Shown: positions 7,261 to 15,756 of the stretch, in pieces
How positions within the stretch are numbered: the stretch's first letter is position 1
Layout of the letters: every line of letters starts with the position of its first letter
From: Providencia phage PSTRCR_121
Sequence record: MW385300.1
DNA: 24,000 nt
Strand: one strand, 5' to 3'
The notes under the pieces: generated by a model
The model's database searches: none
Told to the model about the DNA's origin: nothing
What the model saw: only the letters and a program-made list of their open reading frames with translations
Program-made: the position numbers and the translations under genes

Positions 7261-8484
7261 TTAAAATTTATCAGTGACATCTTCCAAGACCAGATAACCG
7301 CATGTACGCATTTTGGCATCAGAATAATCTGTAGGAATTGAAACCACATCACGAGGATGAACCTTAACAGATACAATACGACTTGAAGAACTACCAAAAT
7401 GACCAATATAGCCTTTAGAACATACATGCAGACCAGAAGAACAAGTACGATTATCGTCTTCATCGACCTGGTTACGTTCCATTGTCACTAATTGACCTGG
7501 ACTATTATCAAACTGACCTGAATGACAATCAGTGTAATCTTTACGAACAACTTTCCAACCAATGAAATAACCATCTTCTGTGATTTTAATATCGTTCGCT
7601 ACCAGGAAATCATACAGACGCATAACAGCTTTACGAGACGGGTTCATTAACAGATTTTCCAGGAATGGAATATAGAACTCAAAATCTTCACCGTTTTGCA
7701 TTGACTGAATAATACGATCAACTACACCATTACGGATTGGTAAACCTTTATAGAATAATTCACCACCAGTAATTTCCATGTCGCCTTTAACATAAGAAGT
7801 AATAGCACGTTCAATGTTGATCAGGTCTAAGGCTTCATAAACCAGGTCTAAAGCTTCGACTTCTGAAACAGAAACTGACTGAGCCAGTAATTCTAATGCC
7901 TGAGCAAAATTTGGAGCAGTATTATCTGCGTTGTAAGTATTTTCACCAACAGTAATAGAAATAAATTTCTTATTGGCGTTCCAAACTGGAACTTCACGTG
8001 CAGGAACAACTGCTTTTTCAATATAATCTTCGAATTCCGTCTTAGGACCACTATGGCGATAATGCACATGGCCCCCGTTATGTGCGATATCACTACAGAA
8101 TAATGTGCCATCTACATATGTATCAGTTTCTTCGATGTATTCATCTTCTTCATTATAAATATCGGACCAGTCTGTAATCCATTTACCATCATGAATAAAA
8201 ATATCACGACATTCTACAGTGCCGTAGCCAGGAGCAATAACAATTTTACGGACAATTAAATCTTCAATCTTAACTGTAGTACCTTCTGGGATTTTATAAT
8301 CACCCATGTGTACTGTGCCGTTTCCAGTCCGGAAAGGATGCTGGGCTTCACGTTCTTTTAATACACGGGAAATTGTATCTGCGGAAACATCATAGATACG
8401 ACCAATTGCTGCCAGGGACATACCTTCTTTACGATACTCAACTACATTTTTCTTTTGATTTTCATTTAAAATTTGAACTGTCAT
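7261..8484 (-). CDS. rIIB: rIIB protein with N-terminal HTH and an enlarged inter-domain region
   Basis: 'WNANKKFISITV...TYNA', 'FEFYIPFLENLLMNPSRKAVMRLYDFLVANDIKITEDGYF', 'TCSSGLHVCSKGYIGHFGSSSSRIVSVKVHPRDVVSIPTDYSDAKMRTCGYLVLEDVTDKF' match remembered T4 rIIB. Confidence 0.96.
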   Translation of the reverse strand: MTVQILNENQKKNVVEYRKEGMSLAAIGRIYDVSADTISRVLKEREAQHPFRTGNGTVHMGDYKIPEGTTVKIEDLIVRKIVIAPGYGTVECRDIFIHDGKWITDWSDIYNEEDEYIEETDTYVDGTLFCSDIAHNGGHVHYRHSGPKTEFEDYIEKAVVPAREVPVWNANKKFISITVGENTYNADNTAPNFAQALELLAQSVSVSEVEALDLVYEALDLINIERAITSYVKGDMEITGGELFYKGLPIRNGVVDRIIQSMQNGEDFEFYIPFLENLLMNPSRKAVMRLYDFLVANDIKITEDGYFIGWKVVRKDYTDCHSGQFDNSPGQLVTMERNQVDEDDNRTCSSGLHVCSKGYIGHFGSSSSRIVSVKVHPRDVVSIPTDYSDAKMRTCGYLVLEDVTDKF

Positions 8485-8501
8485 TTACATTTACCTTTTT
8501 A

Positions 8502-10607
8502 TTAAGCGACCGAAGTCGCTATTTTGTCTTTAAAAACACGATTAACATCTTTTGCATATTCTTCAGAGAAACTCCAACTCGATAATACATCATGTAAAAT
8601 TGGATTCAATCGTACGAATTCTTGGTAATACTTATTCGATTCAATTGCGGCTTCATCATAAAACTTACGGAACTTCAAACGTTGTTCAGTTAAGTATTCA
8701 GAATCTTTTACAAAATCTATACTCTGTAATTTATATACTTCCATAAGCATGCAGAATTTCTTTTCATCAAAATTTTCTTTAGCTTTAACGAAATACGGAA
8801 TAATCCAATCTAACTTATGTTTTTTACAATTATTATATACTGTATTAGTGTTACGATAAATTACATCAGATTCTTGAACATCGATTTGTTCTAATTTTAA
8901 TCTGAATTCTGATAATGCACATTTCAATTTACTTTCGAGAGCATATTTTCTTGCTGCTGGACGAACCAGATAAATTTCTTTAAGACCAAATTTCATCGCA
9001 ACATCAAGATGGTTCCAAACACAGATATCTTTGACTTCTTCCGATAATCCGTAAACCTTATCACCATAGATATAATATGCATGACCTGTTAATTCCCGAA
9101 CTTCTTTTGCGGTTAAAAATAACTCGGTCTTAGTGATATCGCCATTTGACTTAAGTTTAAACTTCATGACGTTTGACGCTTTTGGACGAATATAATCTTT
9201 CTTTTCTTCAGTCATTTTATATTTCTGAAGATCACTTAATTTATAAAAAGTAATATCATCATAATACTCTTTAATTTCGTCAAGCGATTTCTGGAAATGA
9301 TCTTTATTCTGTTCAAAACAAATTACTTTAGTATATTCTTTAAAAGCCGGTTCAACAGTCAAACCACGAATAACTTGTACTCTTGAACGGCCTTTTTGAT
9401 CGTCAATAAGACCAAGGATTTTACCGCTCGTTTTACCCATAATACTGAATGGAGAATACTTATTACGGCTAGCCGAACTACTACAACGACCAGCTTCAAT
9501 TTTACATACTTTCGGGTCATTACTCATGAAATAAAACGGGATGTCGTTTGATACTTTATACATTTCATAATAGTTAACGACATCTTGAGCTTTACCAAAT
9601 TCTTTATGTACATAATTGGCTTTAATCCAGGTATAAATGCCGTTATCTTGTTTAAGTAATTTATAAAAGAATTCACGTTTAGTTGTACATTCATCAAGTG
9701 AATCGGTTATGTCTTTTGCATAAATCGCAGATATATCATTGATACGTTTTTTAATGGCGATTTCGGTTTCTTCGTCATATGAAATTTCTTCACGAGACGG
9801 TGCAATATCCAATTCGCCTAAATCAAATCTGATATAAAACCCTGTTGACCAATCCTTAACTGTACTTAAAAACGTACCTCGAGTATATTGTTCGTCAATC
9901 GGATAACGAATTTTACCCATAACTGCATAGAAATTACGTTCACCATATTCGGCATTTTCTTCAACAAAATATGAATCTGTTGGAAGATATTTGACTTCTA
10001 ATTCAGTACCAATAAAATTTGGTTTGATATCACAAAACGTACGATAAACGTAACTTGCTTCCTGAACCCAACGACTAATGTCTAAAGACTTAACAGGGAC
10101 TGTTATTTCTAAACCTGTACGAGCATCTGAAGGTTTATCAAATGTATCTATTAACACAGGTTCACCGTTATCTAGCGCCGCTGTATATCCACGTGCTCTA
10201 CCGTTATAATAAGACACAACATTAAATGTTTCAGTGTAACCAAACGGAGATTTTGAACCTAGACCTAAAGCACCGATAAAATCGTTTGAATCTGCCTTTG
10301 TTGATTCAAAATAAGTGGTATACATCTGGGTTACGTCTTCGTGAGAAAGTCCAGGACCATAGTCACGAATAATAAAACGGTTATCCAGACGAGTTGGTAA
10401 TTGAATATCAAAAGGATCCATATGACCTGCTAACACATGGGCATCAGCAGCATTACAACTCAATTCACGAATAATTGCACGAATTTGGTTTTTATATAAG
10501 TTCTGAGAAAGAATTTTAAACGCTTTCGCAGAAGATGCAATTTTAAATTTCCGGGAATCTCTGTTCCCGGAACCAATCATTTGATCATCATCATTATGTA
10601 ATTTCAA
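8502..10607 (-). CDS. rIIA: rIIA protein (probable TTG start at 10607)
   Basis: 'SSAKAFKILSQNLYKNQIRAIIRELSCNAADAHVLAGH...RDYGPGLS...STKADSNDFIGALGLGSKSPFGYTETFNV...GELDIAPSREEISYD-like'. TTG at 10607 has SD AAGTAAGGG and gives an N-terminus co-linear with T4 rIIA. Confidence 0.94.
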   Translation of the reverse strand: MKLHNDDDQMIGSGNRDSRKFKIASSAKAFKILSQNLYKNQIRAIIRELSCNAADAHVLAGHMDPFDIQLPTRLDNRFIIRDYGPGLSHEDVTQMYTTYFESTKADSNDFIGALGLGSKSPFGYTETFNVVSYYNGRARGYTAALDNGEPVLIDTFDKPSDARTGLEITVPVKSLDISRWVQEASYVYRTFCDIKPNFIGTELEVKYLPTDSYFVEENAEYGERNFYAVMGKIRYPIDEQYTRGTFLSTVKDWSTGFYIRFDLGELDIAPSREEISYDEETEIAIKKRINDISAIYAKDITDSLDECTTKREFFYKLLKQDNGIYTWIKANYVHKEFGKAQDVVNYYEMYKVSNDIPFYFMSNDPKVCKIEAGRCSSSASRNKYSPFSIMGKTSGKILGLIDDQKGRSRVQVIRGLTVEPAFKEYTKVICFEQNKDHFQKSLDEIKEYYDDITFYKLSDLQKYKMTEEKKDYIRPKASNVMKFKLKSNGDITKTELFLTAKEVRELTGHAYYIYGDKVYGLSEEVKDICVWNHLDVAMKFGLKEIYLVRPAARKYALESKLKCALSEFRLKLEQIDVQESDVIYRNTNTVYNNCKKHKLDWIIPYFVKAKENFDEKKFCMLMEVYKLQSIDFVKDSEYLTEQRLKFRKFYDEAAIESNKYYQEFVRLNPILHDVLSSWSFSEEYAKDVNRVFKDKIATSVA

Positions 10608-10617
10608 TTTATAACCC

Positions 10618-10860
10618 TTACTTCTCGTAGTCGTAAAAACTTGGACGTTTATCAGCTTCAACAGTTAAATTATAAAGAGCATTTTCGAGTGAATAACCCG
10701 TAGCCGTAATAGATTGTGGATATTTATTCCACATAGTCACTTCGACATATTTTAATACTGCTTCTTCACCAACATAACTACAATATTCATAAACAGGCAG
10801 TACGTCAATATGACGTACACGACCTTTATATTCAAAACCTACAATACGTTTAATATTCAT
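10618..10860 (-). CDS. Hypothetical protein between gene 39 and rIIA
   Basis: ATG at 10860 overlaps the gene 39 stop region (ATGA); MNIKRIVGFEYKGRVRHIDVLPVYEYCS... Confidence 0.65.
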   Translation of the reverse strand: MNIKRIVGFEYKGRVRHIDVLPVYEYCSYVGEEAVLKYVEVTMWNKYPQSITATGYSLENALYNLTVEADKRPSFYDYEK

Positions 10861-12680
10861 GATTTCATCCAATCTTTTCGTAAATCAGCATTATCGCCTA
10901 ATAACATTTCAAACAAATCCACATAATTCTCTGGTAATTTAACCACATCATATACTGGATTTCTCATTACGCGTTCATATTCTTCAGATGTTAATGATGC
11001 AAGACCTTTAATATAACGTGGAGTTGACCAACCTTTGAGTTTATCTTTCTCTTTAGTATATTCTTCATCACTATAATACCATTTTTGGTCATCACCTTTC
11101 TGGACAATTATAAGAGGTGTTTTACAAAAGCGAATTCGTCCTTGTTCAAACAATTCAGGCCAACGAGAAAAGAAGGCCAACAACGCAGGATAAATTGAAC
11201 CTTGGCCATCAACGTCAGCATCGGTCATAATCGCGATATTTTGATAATACAGATTTTCAGCCGGTTTACCAAGCTCAAGACCAGTGATAGCCATAATATC
11301 AAATGCTTCTTTAGACTTCATGATGTCGACTTCTTTCATACCCCAGGTATTAAGAAATTTACCACGTAATGGATATCCGCCTTGAAGATCACGGTCACGT
11401 GCAACTAACAGTTCGTTAATAGCAGAATCACCCTCTGTTAAAAATAAAGTCGTGTTTGCATCTTTTTTACCATACATTGTAGGTTTAACATGTTTTGGAA
11501 CCTTGGCCTTTGCTGCCTTTTTGGCGGCCTTAGTCGCTGCGGCTTGTTCCGCGGCCAATTTACGAGCCAGTACTGCTTCAATAATAGGCATTAAAACTTC
11601 TTCAGTTTTCATTATCTGTGCAGATAATTTTTTAGTGTCTATATCAAAGTGACTCTTAATTTCGCCCCAGGTGTTCGTCAGGCGTTCTTTTGTTTGGCCA
11701 TCGAATTTCATATTACTCATATTACGAATGAACACCAGAGCCGTCAGGCATTCTTTAATACGAGCTTTAGTGACTTCGATACGATATTTACGTTTAATTG
11801 CTGGAATCAGTTCGTTTGAAATTTCATCCATCAACCAATCGATATGTGAGCCACCAACTTTTGTATGAATCTGGTTAACAAAAGATAAATGTCGGAATCC
11901 GTCTGGTGAAGTAGCAAATGCTACAGACACATTATCATTTTCCATGGTAATTACTTTTTCGCCGAACTGTGAAGCAAACTTCTTAAAATTACCTTGGATT
12001 TTTTTACCATTAAATTTAAACGTGATTTTGTCAAAAATAATAGACAGTGTCATTAAACGATCTTGAATAATGTCTTGAATTGTTTTGTCAATTCCGGTAC
12101 AGTCAAAACAATCAAAATCAGGAACAAACGAAACTTGAGTTCCTTTTAATTTACTTTTCTTAATAGAAAAATTGATATTTTCTGCATTATCATTACATGT
12201 GACTGTTACAGTATTTTTGCCATCGCTTGTAATACCTTCAAACCATGTACTGAAAAAGTTTGTTAATGACGAGCCTACACCGTTTTGACCGCCGGTAACA
12301 CGTTCTAAATCGTTACCAAAGTTACCGCCTGCTTTTGTTCTTGTCCATGCAGCGACAGGACCTGGAATAGATTCGCCTTCGGGTGTAATTACATTTGCTT
12401 GTGGAATACCACGTCCATTATCTTTTACAGTGACTTTAGAATCTTTAATATCAACTTCAATTTCGTTTGCAAATTTAAATTGAGTGCGAATAGCTTCATC
12501 AATTGAGTTATCAATGATTTCATCAATAATTTTTACCAGACCTGGAACATATGTAACTGTTTTGTATTCACCAAAAAGAAATCGCTCGTGTGGTTCATTA
12601 GAAACTGACCCAATATACATTGCTGGTCTTTTAAGACAATGTTCTCGGTCAGTGAGCATTTTAATATCATTATCGATCAT
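10857..12680 (-). CDS. 39: DNA topoisomerase II large subunit, gp39 fused to the gp60 part (607 aa)
   Basis: GHKL ATPase motifs (EIIDNSIDEAI, DNGRGIP, GGQNGVGSSLTN), TOPRIM 'LFLTEGDSA' and 'IAIMTDADVDG', ending 'VKLPENYVDLFEMLLGDNADLRKDWMKS', which is the remembered T4 gp60 C-terminus. Confidence 0.97.
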   Translation of the reverse strand: MIDNDIKMLTDREHCLKRPAMYIGSVSNEPHERFLFGEYKTVTYVPGLVKIIDEIIDNSIDEAIRTQFKFANEIEVDIKDSKVTVKDNGRGIPQANVITPEGESIPGPVAAWTRTKAGGNFGNDLERVTGGQNGVGSSLTNFFSTWFEGITSDGKNTVTVTCNDNAENINFSIKKSKLKGTQVSFVPDFDCFDCTGIDKTIQDIIQDRLMTLSIIFDKITFKFNGKKIQGNFKKFASQFGEKVITMENDNVSVAFATSPDGFRHLSFVNQIHTKVGGSHIDWLMDEISNELIPAIKRKYRIEVTKARIKECLTALVFIRNMSNMKFDGQTKERLTNTWGEIKSHFDIDTKKLSAQIMKTEEVLMPIIEAVLARKLAAEQAAATKAAKKAAKAKVPKHVKPTMYGKKDANTTLFLTEGDSAINELLVARDRDLQGGYPLRGKFLNTWGMKEVDIMKSKEAFDIMAITGLELGKPAENLYYQNIAIMTDADVDGQGSIYPALLAFFSRWPELFEQGRIRFCKTPLIIVQKGDDQKWYYSDEEYTKEKDKLKGWSTPRYIKGLASLTSEEYERVMRNPVYDVVKLPENYVDLFEMLLGDNADLRKDWMKS

Positions 12681-13350
12681 TTAATGTCCTCTCAAATTGA
12701 CGTACTATATTTTTATAAGAACCTTTAGGAAAACCACGGTTAATACTTTCTTTTGAAAACGTGCTAACTTTAGGCTTGTCTAATTCTATCCACAATTTAA
12801 ATAAAGCAGATTCATATTTCCATACAGGACTTGTTCTATTTTTTAAACCACATTTAATTAAAGCTTCTTTTGTATGTTTTTTATTATAAAATGGATTTTT
12901 AGAGCCTTTCATTGCTATAGAATGTTTTTCTCTTTTAAGACCATAACACGGATTTTTATCACCTAATTTACGCTCGGACATAATTTTTAAAGTAGTTTTA
13001 GTGTGCTTTTTATTATAAAACGGATTATCTTCTTTGGCAGTAGACATTCCAAAAAATCCATTAGGAGAAGCCATTGACATATTAAAAAATTTATCAGATT
13101 TTACAACGTCGTTTAATTTTTGGTATTTGTACTCAGCACAAATTGCTTCTTTTCTTGTTTCAAACGTGTCTACAATACACGTGTCAAATAAATGTGGATT
13201 ATTTATTTTTTCTTCGTAATAAATCTTTTTATATTTTTGTGACCTGACAGAACCTGTATAACCTTCGTTAAATTTCTTTAACGACGTCGATCCTATATAA
13301 AATGGTGGGAGCTTATCTCCAGAATAAATTGTAAGATAAACTATAAACAT
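12670..13350 (-). CDS. GIY-YIG homing-type endonuclease with NUMOD3-like repeats (Seg-like)
   Basis: 'VYLTIYSGDKLPPFYIGSTSLKKFNEGYTGSVRSQKY...FETRKEAICAEYKYQ' plus three 'N-P-(F/C)-Y-(N/G)-x-K-(H/R)' repeats: EDNPFYNKKHT, DKNPCYGLKRE, SKNPFYNKKHT. Confidence 0.88.
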   Translation of the reverse strand: MFIVYLTIYSGDKLPPFYIGSTSLKKFNEGYTGSVRSQKYKKIYYEEKINNPHLFDTCIVDTFETRKEAICAEYKYQKLNDVVKSDKFFNMSMASPNGFFGMSTAKEDNPFYNKKHTKTTLKIMSERKLGDKNPCYGLKREKHSIAMKGSKNPFYNKKHTKEALIKCGLKNRTSPVWKYESALFKLWIELDKPKVSTFSKESINRGFPKGSYKNIVRQFERTLNDR

Positions 13351-13370
13351 GTAATCTCCGTATTTTCCTC

Positions 13371-13395
13371 AATAAAAAAGGGCCTAAGCCCTTTT
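13371..13395 (-). terminator. Rho-independent terminator overlapping the stop of the 13394 ORF
   Basis: Minus strand AAAAGGGC-TTAG-GCCCTTTT then TTATT. Confidence 0.85.
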
Positions 13396-13789
13396 AAAAT
13401 TCTTCGATAAGACGAGTTAATTTATCTTTAAGCTCGATAAGTTGAGGCTTATTATAATCACCAACAAAATTAATGCGAACACTTTCAATTGTCGAATTAA
13501 AAGGAGTTTTATTTGCTTCTGAGTGATAAATTTCTTCTAATAAATCCATTTCGGACACTTTGGCAAATAAAATTGAATGACCACTGACCTCAGCGAATTT
13601 TGAGCATGCTTTAGCTAGTGGTTTATCTTCAACAGTTTTTACGTCATGAACACGAACGCTTTTATTAAATGACTTGATTTTAAAAGGAGTGTCCCAATTA
13701 AAATATTCGCCAAAAGTTAAGTTCACATAAAAACCTAAATCACGATATGCTTCAAAAGCTTCTTTAGATTTAAATTTTACAGTAATCAT
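13394..13789 (-). CDS. Cassette protein A (unknown; apparent paralogue of the next ORFs)
   Basis: MITVKFKSKEAFEAYRD...EMDLLEEI...LIELKDKLTRLIEEF; ATGA overlap with the upstream gene. Confidence 0.8.
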   Translation of the reverse strand: MITVKFKSKEAFEAYRDLGFYVNLTFGEYFNWDTPFKIKSFNKSVRVHDVKTVEDKPLAKACSKFAEVSGHSILFAKVSEMDLLEEIYHSEANKTPFNSTIESVRINFVGDYNKPQLIELKDKLTRLIEEF

Positions 13790-14166
13790 AATTCCGCCAT
13801 AGCTTTCAGTTTATTTGAAATTTCTAATAATTCTTCTTTAGTGTAAGAACCTTTAATTTCAAGATCAAATTTTATACTAAAAGAATTTTTAGTCTTAGTT
13901 TCATCGTCTTTTGAGACTTCTTCTAATAAATCGGTTTCAGCTGGCCTGCGAAATAATGCATTGCCATCATAACCAAAAAATACTAAATCTAAATCTTTCA
14001 AATGTTGATTTTCAACTAACACGTGTTTTGCTAAAACACGGTCAGATAAAGTTGGAACCTCAAAAACTGTATTTTCGTCAACAAGTTCGCCAAAGGCTCT
14101 GTTTATTTCAAAATTTGAATTTTTGAATTGGTTATATGCTTCTTTTGATTTAAATTTTACTTTCAT
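13786..14166 (-). CDS. Cassette protein B (unknown; apparent paralogue)
   Basis: MKVKFKSKEAYNQFKN...ETDLLEEV...EELLEISNKLKAMAEL; ATGA overlap. Confidence 0.8.
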   Translation of the reverse strand: MKVKFKSKEAYNQFKNSNFEINRAFGELVDENTVFEVPTLSDRVLAKHVLVENQHLKDLDLVFFGYDGNALFRRPAETDLLEEVSKDDETKTKNSFSIKFDLEIKGSYTKEELLEISNKLKAMAEL

Positions 14167-14855
14167 AATAATGATTCCAGTTGTTCGATCAGATCACGGA
14201 GTTGATCATCATCGAAATAACCTTGGATATTCAATTTATGACGAGACTCAATTTCAATTTTGGGGTCTTCATCCATACAATCGTCTCGTTCAGAAGTAAT
14301 TGTATCTTCGTCACATTCAATACAATATGAAATACGTTCGACAATAGTGAACGCAATACGCGATGGACCTAAATCAGTCATGTCAGCCAAAGGCTGGTCA
14401 TTAATATAAATTTGGCTAACACGAATAGGCTGGTTTACATTATAACCACGAACTTCAAATGGTTTGGTTCCAATCAACCGAGCAATTTCGTCGTTTGAAC
14501 TATAAGTTTGCCGGTATTGGGCCAAATGGTCCTTAGATTTAATTTTAAAAAATGTTTTGTTCATAATTTCCAAAAACCTCAATTCGTTTCCAAGTGTACG
14601 TGAACTACTTAAAAATAAAGTTTCGTGGCCAATAAACCATGGGTCTAAATTTTGTAATTTCTGACCGTTAATTGTGACCATATCAGCATTGATCTTCTTA
14701 TTATTATGAAAATCATTTTCGTCATAAGCAACCGAAAAGCTGAAATCTTTAGGGCTGTGCTTTTTAATCGCCTCGACAAATCGTGCATTATTTTCAAATC
14801 CACCTGCGCGATAACTATATATGTCCTTCATCGTTTTAAATTTAACTTTAATCAT
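14163..14855 (-). CDS. Cassette protein C (unknown; about two paralogous units)
   Basis: Start refined to ATG 14855 (ATGA overlap with the upstream stop); MIKVKFKTMKDIYSYRAGG... and second unit FFKIKSKDHLAQYRQ..., ending QLRDLIEQLESLL. Confidence 0.78.
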   Translation of the reverse strand: MIKVKFKTMKDIYSYRAGGFENNARFVEAIKKHSPKDFSFSVAYDENDFHNNKKINADMVTINGQKLQNLDPWFIGHETLFLSSSRTLGNELRFLEIMNKTFFKIKSKDHLAQYRQTYSSNDEIARLIGTKPFEVRGYNVNQPIRVSQIYINDQPLADMTDLGPSRIAFTIVERISYCIECDEDTITSERDDCMDEDPKIEIESRHKLNIQGYFDDDQLRDLIEQLESLL

Positions 14856-15475
14856 TTTACACCTACTACTTTCGCCCATTTGGCGGATTTGACTGCAATA
14901 CACTCATTGAGTTCAGACATCATAACACACATCAGGTCAGTATCATTGACGTCTTTAAAATAGTCTTTTGAACGATAATCTAACCAGAGCGTATCGATCA
15001 GTGTATTGATAACATCTGCACATTCAGATACCGAAGATTCATCACATTCAATCGGGCGATAAAGAGTTTTGGTGTATTCTCCAACTTCTTCAATCAGATG
15101 TTTGAACACATCGCCACTAGAACGTTCTGGCGCGCGAAGACACATAGCAGTTGTTGGACTGATGTCTAAAATAGTTTCACACTGGAACGAAGGTTCTTCA
15201 TTTTCGACAATAGTAAAACAGTCAGTTTCGGTAAATTGATCTACAGTAAAGAAAGCCCAATACCACTGGTTCTCATCAACATCTTTGATGTTATAAGGAA
15301 TACCGTTAATAGAAATTTCTGTTACGCCTAAAAAACCAGAGTTATAACCACCGTCATCAATTTTCAAAACACGGAAGGTATCAGTTTGTTTGTGTTGTAA
15401 TAGGTCTGCTAACACTCCAAATTCACCAGCCGTTTTTACAAGGTTAGCTTTAACAAAATCATTTACTTTTAACAT
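14852..15475 (-). CDS. Cassette protein D with MazG-like NTP pyrophosphohydrolase C-terminal domain
   Basis: Start refined to 15475 (SD GTGAGGATATTATG). C-terminal 'HLIEEVGEYTKTLY...SVSECADVINTLIDTLW' has the EExxE...ExxD arrangement. Confidence 0.75.
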   Translation of the reverse strand: MLKVNDFVKANLVKTAGEFGVLADLLQHKQTDTFRVLKIDDGGYNSGFLGVTEISINGIPYNIKDVDENQWYWAFFTVDQFTETDCFTIVENEEPSFQCETILDISPTTAMCLRAPERSSGDVFKHLIEEVGEYTKTLYRPIECDESSVSECADVINTLIDTLWLDYRSKDYFKDVNDTDLMCVMMSELNECIAVKSAKWAKVVGVK

Positions 15476-15482
15476 AATATCC

Positions 15483-15689
15483 TCACTTTGTGCGTTTGAA
15501 GAAAACGGTGCCATTTTCGGTGATTTCGCGAACCATTGAGTACAGTTCTTCTTTAGATGTTTCTGTTTCAAATACATATAATACAGTTACATGAAGAAGA
15601 TGCGATGCGTGTTCTTTTTGAACAACAACCAGAGTTGGGTCAAACTGAACATCTTCAAATTCTTCTTTAGATACTGGAATCATAGTCAT
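15483..15689 (-). CDS. Hypothetical protein
   Basis: 68-codon ORF, SD GGAGAAACAAAATG, downstream of a promoter. Confidence 0.7.
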   Translation of the reverse strand: MTMIPVSKEEFEDVQFDPTLVVVQKEHASHLLHVTVLYVFETETSKEELYSMVREITENGTVFFKRTK

Positions 15690-15708
15690 TTTGTTTCTCC
15701 TTTGTAGT

Positions 15709-15756
15709 TGATAGGTCTAGTATAACACTGAGACCTATCATTGTACACTACTTTTT
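15709..15756 (-). promoter_or_regulatory. Putative early promoter with inverted repeat spanning the -10
   Basis: Minus strand TGTACA (15742-15747) - 17 nt - TATACT (15719-15724); perfect 10-bp inverted repeat TGATAGGTCT / AGACCTATCA with 12-nt centre (15709-15718 / 15731-15740). Confidence 0.7.

Noticed and set aside
7257-8111. Minus-strand alternate-frame ORFs 7257..7463 and 7893..8111
   Set aside because: Inside rIIB in another frame; no ribosome-binding context of interest.
11452-11868. Plus-strand ORFs within gene 39 (11452..11652, 11671..11868)
   Set aside because: Antisense shadows of a strongly supported gene, with no motif.
7261-13350. Canonical MotA boxes (TGCTTTA/TGCTTCA) correctly spaced from a TATAAT
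   Set aside because: Scattered matches such as those near 8740, 12876 and 17331 had no -10 at the right distance; I could not support any middle promoter confidently.
13786-14166. Cassette protein B as a truncated pseudogene copy of C
   Set aside because: It is intact, has its own start in an ATGA overlap and a complete C-terminal helix like A; more likely a functional paralogue.
15709-15740. The inverted repeat as a rho-independent terminator
   Set aside because: No T-run follows on either strand, and it coincides with a 17-nt-spaced -35/-10 pair.
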